DNA of 64,000 nucleotides from Bdellovibrionales bacterium (GTDB lineage: Bacteria > Bdellovibrionota > Bdellovibrionia > Bdellovibrionales > DASUEL01): positions 1 to 64,000 of the forward strand of contig JBFWOZ010000003.1 of assembly GCA_050250255.1 (NCBI GenBank). The letters run 5' to 3'. Position 1 is the stretch's first letter. Every line of letters starts with the position of its first letter. The notes under the pieces were generated by a model. The model worked only from the letters and a program-made list of their open reading frames with translations. It was not told the DNA's origin and made no database searches. Below are positions 37,793-46,447 of this stretch, piece after piece. The translations under genes and the position numbers were made by a program.

Positions 37793-37890
37793 ATTGACCC
37801 CATTGCCCCTTAAATTGTATTTTAGGCTTGCAGAGTTAGTTTTTTTTGATAAAAGTTTCGTCTTGTCCGTCATGTGAAGGAGAACTTGTA

Positions 37891-38142
37891 ATGGCAGTAG
37901 TAATTAGATTGGCTCGCTTTGGTGCTGTACACGAACCGAAATACCGTGTGACTGTAGCTGATCAAAGATTTTGTAAAGAAGGACGCTTTATCGAGGTTGT
38001 AGGACAATACAACCCAAATCCCCGTGGTAAAGAACAAGGTTTGAAATTAGATATGGAAAAAATCGGCGACTGGATGAAAAAAGGTGCCCAACCAACGGAT
38101 CGCGTACGAAAGCTTATTGCAAACGCAACAGTTAAGGCATAA
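37891..38142 (+). CDS. rpsP: 30S ribosomal protein S16
   Basis: MAVVIRLARFG...GRFIEVVGQYNP...GAQPTDRV. Confidence 0.97.
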   Translation: MAVVIRLARFGAVHEPKYRVTVADQRFCKEGRFIEVVGQYNPNPRGKEQGLKLDMEKIGDWMKKGAQPTDRVRKLIANATVKA

Positions 38143-38227
38143 TCATTTAGTGACTGAATCAAATAAAATCAATTTAGCTTGGAGAACAAAAACGGTCTTC
38201 AAGTAGGATTGGCTAACTAGGGGATAG

Positions 38228-38476
38228 GTGATGGACCACACAAGCTTGAAAGAACTCGTAGAGTTCATGGCCAAGGCTCTCGTTGATGAGCCTGATCAGG
38301 TCGAGGTCAATGAAGTCATTGGTGAACAAACGACTGTCGTTGAACTCAAAGTTGCAAAAGAGGATTTAGGTAAGGTCATCGGTAAGCAGGGAAGAACTGC
38401 TCGCTCCATGCGCACTATCCTTAATGCTGCTAGCACAAAGTTGAACAAACGTAGTGTTCTAGAAATCGTTGAATAA
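38228..38476 (+). CDS. khpA: KH-domain RNA-binding protein KhpA
   Basis: [13 protein letters not shown], between rpsP and rimM. Confidence 0.93.
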   Translation: MMDHTSLKELVEFMAKALVDEPDQVEVNEVIGEQTTVVELKVAKEDLGKVIGKQGRTARSMRTILNAASTKLNKRSVLEIVE

Positions 38477-38508
38477 AAGCTGAAATTGACTGTTCAAAAC
38501 TTTAAATC

Positions 38509-38539
38509 CCCAGAGCCTTAACAACTCTGGGTTTTTTTT
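38509..38539 (+). terminator. Intrinsic terminator
   Basis: CCCAGAG...CTCTGGG followed by T8. Confidence 0.75.
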
Positions 38540-38608
38540 GCCTTTTTCACCCCTTTTCTTGACGCGATGCAGGCTCATGAGGTAGACGATCTCTTCAATG
38601 CCTAAGGA

Positions 38609-39247
38609 GTGTCCGTGAGCCAAACTGAAAATGCCTCCACTGAATCAAAAACCGCTGCTGAAAGAATCAAAGTGGATCAAGAAAAAATCCATTACGAAAA
38701 CATTCCTGGCTACACCACGGTCGGAAAAGTTCGCGACGCCCATGGGTTAAAAGGCGAATTATTTATTATCGTTTTCGCAAAAAAAGCAGATTGGGCGGAG
38801 AAGCTCAGTCGTTTTGTACTTGTTTGGCGAGAGCAAGTCGAAGGCCAATGGGTTCCCGTATGGCGCTCGTTTAATGTAGACCGATTAAAACCTCACAAGG
38901 TTGGCCTTATTCTACGAACTAAAGAATTAGAAAACCGAACCGACGCTGAGTTTTTTGCAGGAGCCGCATTCCAAATTCCTAGCGACTGTTTGGTTTCTCA
39001 ACCCGGTGAACGTATTTACCTTAAAGAAATTGAAGGTTTCACAGTTACGACTGCCGAAGGCGAAGTAGGACCTGTTCGTTCTTTTTCCTCTAACGGAGCT
39101 CAGGATTTGTTAGTTGTAGAGAGATCCTCTGATCAATTTGTTGAAATTCCGTTTGTGAAAGATTTTATTAAGTCCATCGATTACAAAGCGCGAGTGATCA
39201 ATATGGATCTTCCCTCGGGACTGATTGATTCTGAAAAAGTTCAGTGA
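38609..39247 (+). CDS. rimM: Ribosome maturation factor RimM
   Basis: VGKVRDAHGLKGE, NGAQDLLVV, IPFV; synteny. Confidence 0.93.
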   Translation: MSVSQTENASTESKTAAERIKVDQEKIHYENIPGYTTVGKVRDAHGLKGELFIIVFAKKADWAEKLSRFVLVWREQVEGQWVPVWRSFNVDRLKPHKVGLILRTKELENRTDAEFFAGAAFQIPSDCLVSQPGERIYLKEIEGFTVTTAEGEVGPVRSFSSNGAQDLLVVERSSDQFVEIPFVKDFIKSIDYKARVINMDLPSGLIDSEKVQ

Positions 39248-40044
39248 TCACGTTCTCTGTACTTACACTTTTCCCAGACATGATTGAAGCCACTCTGAAA
39301 GAGGGTGTCGTCGGTCGTGCTTTTGCAAAAGGTCTTTTGAAACTTCAAACCATTCAGCTTCGTGACTACGCGAAACAAGATGTGCATAAGTCTGTAGATG
39401 ATCGTCCTTACGGCGGTGGCGACGGTATGGTAATGATGCCTGAGCCCTTAACAAAAGCTCTTCTCCATGCCCGATCACAAAATTCTCTCATCAAAGTGAT
39501 TTATCTTTCCCCTCAAGGGCGTCTGCTCACACAAAAAGTGGCAGAGGAATTAGCGCAATACGAACATTTAGTTATTTTAAGTGGGCGTTACGGTGGTGTT
39601 GATCAGCGTGTGCTTGCTGAATACATCGACGAAGAAATCTCGATTGGTGATTACGTGCTTTCTGGCGGCGAGCTTGCGGCGAGTGTCGTGATTGATGTGG
39701 TCGCTCGTTTAAAGCCAGGGGTCTTAGGTCATGGAGACTCCGCGGAGCAAGATAGTTTTAGTGGTGATGGGCTTTTAGAAGCTCCGCTTTTTACTCGGCC
39801 TCGACAGTTTGAAGGTTTAGATGTGCCAGAAATTTTACTTTCAGGAGACCATCAAAAAATTCAGCGATGGCGATATCTCATGAGTGTCTATAACACTTCG
39901 ACGAAGCGTCCTGATCTTTGGGTTCAACTATGTGAAAAAAATCCGCAGCTGAATGTAGAGCTTCAAGACGCAAAAGATTTAGTAAAAGAATTGAGCGAAT
40001 CTCAAAAAAGAGCCTGCGGAATTCTCTCGGGAACTTCGGTATGA
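39244..40044 (+). CDS. trmD: tRNA (guanine-N1)-methyltransferase
   Basis: VDDRPYGGGDGMVM, LSPQG, SIGDYVLSGGE. Confidence 0.97.
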   Translation: MITFSVLTLFPDMIEATLKEGVVGRAFAKGLLKLQTIQLRDYAKQDVHKSVDDRPYGGGDGMVMMPEPLTKALLHARSQNSLIKVIYLSPQGRLLTQKVAEELAQYEHLVILSGRYGGVDQRVLAEYIDEEISIGDYVLSGGELAASVVIDVVARLKPGVLGHGDSAEQDSFSGDGLLEAPLFTRPRQFEGLDVPEILLSGDHQKIQRWRYLMSVYNTSTKRPDLWVQLCEKNPQLNVELQDAKDLVKELSESQKRACGILSGTSV

Positions 40045-40610
40045 ACACTCCCCCACGAGTCGCGGTAGGACTTGTCCACTGGCCTGTTTATGACAAAGCA
40101 AAGAGCGTAGTTTGTACCAACGTTACAAATTTTGATGTTCATGATATAGCTCGTGCGAGTCGTACCTACGGGGTTGAAAAATACTACGTGATTAATCCCA
40201 TGAAAGAGCAGCTCGCGTTTGTGAGTCGCATGCTAGATTTCTGGAGAGTCGGCTATGGGTCTAGCTACAACCATATGCGTCACACGGCCCTCACGATGGT
40301 GGACGTAGCTCATTCCTTACCCGAAGCCCTACAGGCTTGGGATCCGAACACTAAAATCATTACAACATCTGCTAAAGCTCAGCCTGGCATTGAGTCGATC
40401 GATTTTAAGGCCCTTAGGGAGGAGATGTGGTCATCGGGTGGGGGAAGTTACTTTATTGTCTTTGGAACGGGCTTTGGGCTTGAGGAGAGCGTTTACGAGA
40501 ACACTCGGTTACTCGAACCTATAAAGGGAGCAGTGGGTGGTGGGGAATATCGTCACCTTTCTGTTCGCTCTGCCGTAAGTATCTGTCTTGACCGTCTATT
40601 GGGAGCATGA
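40041..40610 (+). CDS. SPOUT-class RNA methyltransferase (TrmD-associated)
   Basis: LVHWPV, TNFDVHDIAR, FGTGFGL, YRHLSVRSAVSICLDRL. Confidence 0.88.
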   Translation: MNTPPRVAVGLVHWPVYDKAKSVVCTNVTNFDVHDIARASRTYGVEKYYVINPMKEQLAFVSRMLDFWRVGYGSSYNHMRHTALTMVDVAHSLPEALQAWDPNTKIITTSAKAQPGIESIDFKALREEMWSSGGGSYFIVFGTGFGLEESVYENTRLLEPIKGAVGGGEYRHLSVRSAVSICLDRLLGA

Positions 40611-40644
40611 TAGCTACGAGGATTCAAATTAGCCGGAGAAACCT

Positions 40645-41064
40645 ATGCTCGATTTAATCAGACGTGTAACTTTAGGAAAACAAGCTCACCGTGTTCCAGA
40701 GAACTTTCGCTCCGGCGATACTGTGGAAGTTTATGTAAAAGTAAAAGAGGGTGAGAAAGAACGCGTTCAGATCTTCAAAGGCGTTGTGATCAAGCTTCAA
40801 GGTGCAGGCATCGGCCGTACTTTTACAGTTCGTAAAATTTCTGACGGCGTAGGCGTGGAAAGAACATTTCCATTCTCAAGCCCTGCGGTTGAAAAAGTGG
40901 GAATCGTTTCTCAGGGTATCGTGAGAAGATCAAAACTTTATTACTTACGTGGTCTCGAAGGCAAGAAAGCGCGCGTTCAAGCTGATTGGATGTCGGCCCT
41001 TGCTGGTTCAGAGGGCACTGCTAAAAAAGCTTCAAAAAAAGATGAAGCTACTCCTAAACAATAA
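40645..41064 (+). CDS. rplS: 50S ribosomal protein L19
   Basis: [37 protein letters not shown]. Confidence 0.97.
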   Translation: MLDLIRRVTLGKQAHRVPENFRSGDTVEVYVKVKEGEKERVQIFKGVVIKLQGAGIGRTFTVRKISDGVGVERTFPFSSPAVEKVGIVSQGIVRRSKLYYLRGLEGKKARVQADWMSALAGSEGTAKKASKKDEATPKQ

Positions 41065-41695
41065 AAAATCATTTAAAAAATTAAAGTGGACAGAGTTTCA
41101 TCCGCAACCTGCAATTGGTGTGGATGAAGCGGGGCGCGGTTGTCTTTTTGGTCCTGTTTATGCGGGCGCTGTCATTCTCAAATCCGAGAAGGGTCTTCGT
41201 CGTTTTACAGATTCCAAAATGCTCGCTGAAGAAGAGCGCGAAGAGCTCTACGAGCTGATTATGGAAAACCATCTTTACGGTGTTGGTTCAGCAAGTGTTC
41301 AAGAAATCAATCAACTCAATATTCTTCAGGCCTCTCTCCTTGCGATGAAGCGTGCGGTGCATGCGCTGGGAGTCAAAGTGGGCCATGTATTGATTGATGG
41401 AAATCAAAAAATTCCGAGCTTATGTGATCCGCAGCTCGGTCATGAGTTTCTTCAAACAACGATCATAAAAGGAGACTTGCGAGTGAAGCCGATTGCAGCA
41501 GCATCGATTGTTGCGAAGGTGTCTCGAGATCGACAAGTCCGTCAGTTGGCTCTTCAGTATTCTCAGTATGGTTTAGAGCAGCACAAAGGTTATGCGACCC
41601 AAATTCATCGTGAAGCGATTGTGAAGCATGGACCGACGCCTGAGCATCGCAAGTTTTTTGCCGGTGTGAAGGAATATTGGAGTGAAACTTTTTAA
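41042..41695 (+). CDS. rnhB: Ribonuclease HII
   Basis: [32 protein letters not shown]; start uncertain. Confidence 0.95.
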   Translation: MKLLLNNKKSFKKLKWTEFHPQPAIGVDEAGRGCLFGPVYAGAVILKSEKGLRRFTDSKMLAEEEREELYELIMENHLYGVGSASVQEINQLNILQASLLAMKRAVHALGVKVGHVLIDGNQKIPSLCDPQLGHEFLQTTIIKGDLRVKPIAAASIVAKVSRDRQVRQLALQYSQYGLEQHKGYATQIHREAIVKHGPTPEHRKFFAGVKEYWSETF

Positions 41696-42032
41696 AAAAA
41701 GAAATTACCAAGCACTCGGTGAAGAGCTCGAACAAAAAGTTTTACAGTTTTATTTAAAGCAAGGATTTCAGCTGAAAGCCCAACGCTATAAAAGCCACTT
41801 TGCCGAAATCGATCTCATTTTTATTTCCCCCTCGGACCATCTCATCTTGGTCGAAGTAAAGTCTGCACCACGCCCAGGGTTTGAGGCGTTTCGCGTGTCG
41901 GCTTCGCAGAGAGTGCGACTACGAAGGGCTCATGAACAGTTCGCATGTCATTACACTCATGTGGAGTCGCACCTTGCCGTTGTGAGTCAGGATGGTGTTA
42001 TTGAGGTCCATAAAGATCATCTCATCTTTTAG
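41682..42032 (+). CDS. yraN: YraN family putative endonuclease
   Basis: GEELE, AEIDLI, LVEVK PD-(D/E)xK-like motif; follows rnhB. Confidence 0.85.
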   Translation: MKLFKKRNYQALGEELEQKVLQFYLKQGFQLKAQRYKSHFAEIDLIFISPSDHLILVEVKSAPRPGFEAFRVSASQRVRLRRAHEQFACHYTHVESHLAVVSQDGVIEVHKDHLIF

Positions 42033-42095
42033 GACGGTCTTGGCGGAATCCAAAGTATTTGACACAGCACCGAATAGTCGAAAAACTTAAAGGAT

Positions 42096-42509
42096 ATGAA
42101 CCGTTTCTCCCAGGCTCCTCGTAAATTTTTAATTGTGGTGTTGAGCCTGTCGCTAAGTTTATCCATTATGTGCCCTCAAGCAGCACAAGCAGAGCCGACC
42201 CGAGAATTATTTATGAGCGCTGCTTATGGGGTTCTTGCAGGAACACTCGTAGGTGCAGCCACTTTGGCTTTTACAGATCGTCCTGGTGATAACTTAAAGA
42301 ATATCGCAAGGGGAGCCTCTTTAGGACTCTACGCAGGGATTTTGTTAGGCCTTTACGTAGTTTACGTTGTGCCTGGTGAAGGTGATGAGGACGGCGAAGA
42401 TTATGCGCCATCAGAAGAATCGAGCATTCGCCCGATTCTCTCGCCCATTGTCAGTGAGACGGGCAACCTTGAAGGGGCCCATCTCTCCGCAAAAGTTTTT
42501 TCTTTTTAA
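42096..42509 (+). CDS. Exported hypothetical protein with Gly-zipper-like helices
   Basis: Signal peptide; YGVLAGTLVGAA, GASLGLYAGILLG; terminal Phe. Confidence 0.65.
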   Translation: MNRFSQAPRKFLIVVLSLSLSLSIMCPQAAQAEPTRELFMSAAYGVLAGTLVGAATLAFTDRPGDNLKNIARGASLGLYAGILLGLYVVYVVPGEGDEDGEDYAPSEESSIRPILSPIVSETGNLEGAHLSAKVFSF

Positions 42510-43111
42510 TAACAGTACGCAGATCTTTCCATTGCATTGATAGCATCGTCGAGTCGGAAGTAACATTGGTTATTAACGATGACTCCTTGGTAAGCAACAC
42601 CGTAGCTTGTTTCACACCAACGGTTGTTTCTATCACGAACTTTGGGTTGCAGGATTTCACAATTTCGAGTGCGACTAAATTTGTTACATGAAGTAGTGAT
42701 TCGCATTTGCTCTAGAGCGCGATCAATATTTGTGAAACAGGCGTTGTCGACGATGTAACCGCCATAGGTAAATGCATGGCCTGTTGGACAAAAACGCTGA
42801 CTGTAATCTCTTCTGGTTGGTGGGAGAAGTTCGCAATAACCCTCACGAGCGGGAGGTGGATAAGAGCAAGCTCTCAAAAAACGTCGAGCGTCGTAGGCTC
42901 CTTGAATTGTGCTGTGACAGGCATTGTCTACGATGTAGCCATCATAGATGACTCCGTAACCTTGGGTGCAGTAGCGGCCAGTGATATCTCTTTGGCCAGG
43001 CTGTGTGAGTTGGCAGTAATTGTACTGATCTACTTCGTCAGCCGCAACACTTGGCTGAGTCGCTATGAGTGTGATTATAAAAACAAAAAAAGTTGATAAA
43101 AAAGTCGTCAT
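42506..43111 (-). CDS. Secreted Cys-rich protein with three ~50-aa tandem repeats
   Basis: AAGGAG RBS, signal peptide, three repeats each with 4 Cys and a Y.G.IV.N.C motif. Confidence 0.75.
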   Translation of the reverse strand: MTTFLSTFFVFIITLIATQPSVAADEVDQYNYCQLTQPGQRDITGRYCTQGYGVIYDGYIVDNACHSTIQGAYDARRFLRACSYPPPAREGYCELLPPTRRDYSQRFCPTGHAFTYGGYIVDNACFTNIDRALEQMRITTSCNKFSRTRNCEILQPKVRDRNNRWCETSYGVAYQGVIVNNQCYFRLDDAINAMERSAYCY

Positions 43112-43251
43112 AAAAGTCTCCTTGTTGAGAGGAGAGTTTATCGAGTTTCTCTCGGGGGAATTCAATAAGAAAAAAATGGTAGCAGAAAGAAACTGTTCCT
43201 CGTAGTCATAATGGCTCTGAAAAATTTGGCGGGATTATTTAAGCTTCTCTA

Positions 43252-45633
43252 TTAGTTGCGATAACGATCAAAGGAGCTGGAGTTCATAGTACGCGCGCCG
43301 CTTCCATAGTTGATGGTGAAGGCAAAGCCGTACTTTGTTTCGCTTCCTGAATCGTTAATAGGATGATCTTCAAACCATGTGAATCCCCAGCAATCCCCTG
43401 GTGGAATGATGTCAATCACGTAATTAAAGTTGGTGAGGCGTCCGCTAGTTGTTGAAAAGTTCAGTCCACCTGCAACTTGAAAGTATTTTGATTTATAGCC
43501 AATGGCGGGGGTTACGTTCTGACTGTAGTTTAAAACATCAGAATGAGTGGCATACCGGAAAGGATATGAGGTGGCGTTTGGTTGGTAGAGCGTCTTCTTG
43601 ATTTGAAATTCATGGGCTGTATTGATTTGTAAAAAATTACGACCAAAATTATAGCGTACGCGCGAAGAAAAAGCGGTGATGTTGTCATAGTGGTAGTAGC
43701 GGGCCGTACTGTTGCTTTCGAGATATCCCAAACGCAAATCGAGAATACCGTACAGAGGTCCGTAAGGCTCGAGAGCTTCACCCTCTTTATGTTCCCTTGA
43801 CGCTTCGTAATTATCATAGGGTTGAGAGAGAGTGAAGTTGGCAAGGCGGTAATAGTTAGAGCTTTCTTCATTTCCCGTTCGACGAGTGAAAATATTGGTG
43901 AGGTTAAAGGTTGTAATGTGACGATCATACAATCTGTCATAGTCATCAAATTGGGGGAAGTCGGAATTGCTCAGGGCTTGCTCACGTTTGAAGAATGGTT
44001 CGTTCTCACCGAAAAAAGGATGGGGCGGTTGATCCAGCCACGGAATATTTGTGTAGACAAGCTCAGGCTGTACTTCGTGTTTGTATCTTGTTGCTTTGGG
44101 GTTTTCTCGGTCACCTAAAATCGTAGCAAATTGAGTGCGTCCAGAAATAGTTCCTCTTACATACCGGCGAGAAGCCGAAGGTTGATCAGTGATTCCAAAT
44201 TGGTAATTGCTCTCGAGATAAGAAATGGAAGGAAGCAGGTCGAGATATCGACCGGCGTGTAGAGGATAACTTAATCGTGGTTCAAATTCAGCTCGCTGAC
44301 CAGCTCGAATCAAGTCGGTATTAGGGTCAAACACTTGTGGGTTGGTAGCATTTTTGTTCACGGTTGGGGGAGTGGCGCGTCTTCCGGTCACGGGGTTGAC
44401 GTTGAGTTTATCAAAGTTTCCAGAGCTACGAGCAAAGTTCGTATACCGACCTTCCATTTCGAAAAGCATATCTCCTACAACTTTTTGTGGAGCGAAAGTA
44501 TATTTGATGCTGGGATAGCGGTGAACAGACTCGGAATCTCCAGAGAGCGGGTCTGCGGCCAGAAGGTTTTTATGGTGACTGGCTTCGATGCTGACATGAT
44601 GGTTGTCAGAATTTTTTGTAAGAGAGGCCTTGCTTACTAAAGCTGGGTCTCCATGCCCTCGAATATCTCCGGGGAAATCACGAGGGTATTTCGTATCGGT
44701 AACGTAATTGATTTGTGTTCGTTGAACGTAATTATTGGGAAGATCATAATAGTGACGATACTTAAAAAGGTATCGTGGGATATGCTGACCTTGACGGTCA
44801 GAGAGTTCATCAGGCGTAGCAAAACCTTTATCTCTTAAAAAAGAAGTATCAAGTTCTCCAAGACTTCTGTCTGTGAGCATATATCGATAATTGAGATGTC
44901 CTTTCGGACCCCTTCCCTGGTAGTTTTCAAAAGTCCACGTGGAGTCTGTGCTATCAGACATCGCCCAGAAGAAAGATTGGGAATAGACGAATCGCGACTG
45001 ATTTCCGTAATAAAGTTGCGGGAAGAGAAGACCTGATTTTCTTTGAGTGTTTATGGGAACCATCAAATAAGGAAGCCAAAAAATGGGAACCCCAGAGATG
45101 TACATGACGGGATTCCAAATGTGGGCGTAGTCACCCATAGTCGCGCGGATGCTGGAACCGCGAAACTTCCAGGATGCGGGACAAGTGTTACATGCCGTAA
45201 ACTCTCCCGAGCGGACGATGTACTCGTCGTCGCCAATTTTTTCAATGACCTCGCCGGTGAACTGAATCTGTGCACCTTTTTCGACGTAGGCGTTATAAAC
45301 AATCCCCTTGTTGGTCTCATAGTTAAAGGTTCCGTGAGTGCCGATCGCTTTTGAAAGGGGACTGATGAGAGAAAGATCTCCCGTAGCTTCAATCGTTTTT
45401 GTTTTTACGTTCACAGTGGCTTGATTGGCGCGAATGTGTTGGTTTTTAAAAACCAACTGCACGTTACCCTTTAAGAAAATCATTTGTTTTTTTGTGTCTC
45501 GTACCATGGAGTCAGCGTTGAGAAGCATGGACTCCACTTTTGAAGACACTTGCGCATTGCCATGTATGGAAAAGCCAAGGACAGCGAGAAAAACAAAATA
45601 TATGAACGTGCCTCTAAAACACAAAATTGTCAT
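43252..45633 (-). CDS. lptD: LPS assembly outer-membrane protein LptD
   Basis: OstA-like N-terminus (NADSM, LKGNVQL), FTACNTCPASW, PIFWLPY, RKSGLLFP, DCWGF near the C-terminus; start uncertain. Confidence 0.88.
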   Translation of the reverse strand: MTILCFRGTFIYFVFLAVLGFSIHGNAQVSSKVESMLLNADSMVRDTKKQMIFLKGNVQLVFKNQHIRANQATVNVKTKTIEATGDLSLISPLSKAIGTHGTFNYETNKGIVYNAYVEKGAQIQFTGEVIEKIGDDEYIVRSGEFTACNTCPASWKFRGSSIRATMGDYAHIWNPVMYISGVPIFWLPYLMVPINTQRKSGLLFPQLYYGNQSRFVYSQSFFWAMSDSTDSTWTFENYQGRGPKGHLNYRYMLTDRSLGELDTSFLRDKGFATPDELSDRQGQHIPRYLFKYRHYYDLPNNYVQRTQINYVTDTKYPRDFPGDIRGHGDPALVSKASLTKNSDNHHVSIEASHHKNLLAADPLSGDSESVHRYPSIKYTFAPQKVVGDMLFEMEGRYTNFARSSGNFDKLNVNPVTGRRATPPTVNKNATNPQVFDPNTDLIRAGQRAEFEPRLSYPLHAGRYLDLLPSISYLESNYQFGITDQPSASRRYVRGTISGRTQFATILGDRENPKATRYKHEVQPELVYTNIPWLDQPPHPFFGENEPFFKREQALSNSDFPQFDDYDRLYDRHITTFNLTNIFTRRTGNEESSNYYRLANFTLSQPYDNYEASREHKEGEALEPYGPLYGILDLRLGYLESNSTARYYHYDNITAFSSRVRYNFGRNFLQINTAHEFQIKKTLYQPNATSYPFRYATHSDVLNYSQNVTPAIGYKSKYFQVAGGLNFSTTSGRLTNFNYVIDIIPPGDCWGFTWFEDHPINDSGSETKYGFAFTINYGSGARTMNSSSFDRYRN

Positions 45634-46396
45634 CTTGTCTAAGAAGCTGAATTCTTTTTGCTGCATGACTTGTTTTGGCTCGCTTATAAAACTCATCCAT
45701 GAGTTCATCAAAAAATTGAGGTTTAAAATGTGCAATGTAGATGGGAACTTCTTTGTTATCGATTTTATTCAGTTCATTTAACAATTGGGCAGTCGTGAAG
45801 TGACCAGAAGCTTTTGCTAACGAATCAAGGCGGGTAGGAAATGAAATTTCTGTAAAAATCGCTTTTAAATTAGGGCATTGATTGGCAGCCATCCAGAGGG
45901 CGTCAGTCGGTCCTGTATCTCCGCTAAAAACAATTTGAGATTTGCCATCATCTAAGATGAAGCCGACAGCATGTGCAGGATGATTCACCTTTTCATGATG
46001 AATTTTGATACCATGAATGTTGAATTCTTTTTCAAGAGGTTCGAAATGGAGAAGCGTTTTGGTGCGTGCGGTATCAACATAGATTTTAGAAAAATCAGGC
46101 CAGAGGACATTGTTAAAAAGATGTTTATGAATGTCTTCGAGGATCACCGATGTTGAACGTAGTACGAGTGGTTTACGATCTTTATGGAAAGAATTTTCGA
46201 TGAGAAAGCAGATGTCTTTTACATGATCAATGTGTGGGTGTGTGATGAGAATGTGCTCAATTTTGCCTTGCTCTTCTAATGTCAATGAAGAGGCCGCAGA
46301 ACCACAATCGATGAGAAAATCATCGTTGATCATGTAACAACTTGTTCTGTAGCCAGGAGCTGTGCCGCCATGGCTTCCAATGATTCTTACATTCAT
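45614..46396 (-). CDS. Metallo-beta-lactamase-fold class II 3',5'-cyclic nucleotide phosphodiesterase
   Basis: IGSHGG, LIDCG, ITHPHIDH, FSGDTGPT, EISFP, SGHFT; adjacent to the cyclase. Confidence 0.82.
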   Translation of the reverse strand: MNVRIIGSHGGTAPGYRTSCYMINDDFLIDCGSAASSLTLEEQGKIEHILITHPHIDHVKDICFLIENSFHKDRKPLVLRSTSVILEDIHKHLFNNVLWPDFSKIYVDTARTKTLLHFEPLEKEFNIHGIKIHHEKVNHPAHAVGFILDDGKSQIVFSGDTGPTDALWMAANQCPNLKAIFTEISFPTRLDSLAKASGHFTTAQLLNELNKIDNKEVPIYIAHFKPQFFDELMDEFYKRAKTSHAAKRIQLLRQDDNFVF

Positions 46397-46447
46397 CCCT
46401 CATTTATTAGGCAACGAGGGTGAGCGTCTGTCAACAAATCCCCAGTG

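Noticed and set aside
42051..42084. Possible sigma28 promoter before 42096
   Set aside because: Two weak alternative -10 boxes with wrong spacing; the gene has a normal AAGGA RBS
45634..45735. Long N-terminal extensions given by the ORF track (lptD, rplY, rnhB, STAS, second TPM gene)
   Set aside because: They overlap neighbouring genes; internal starts with better RBS or family fit were used
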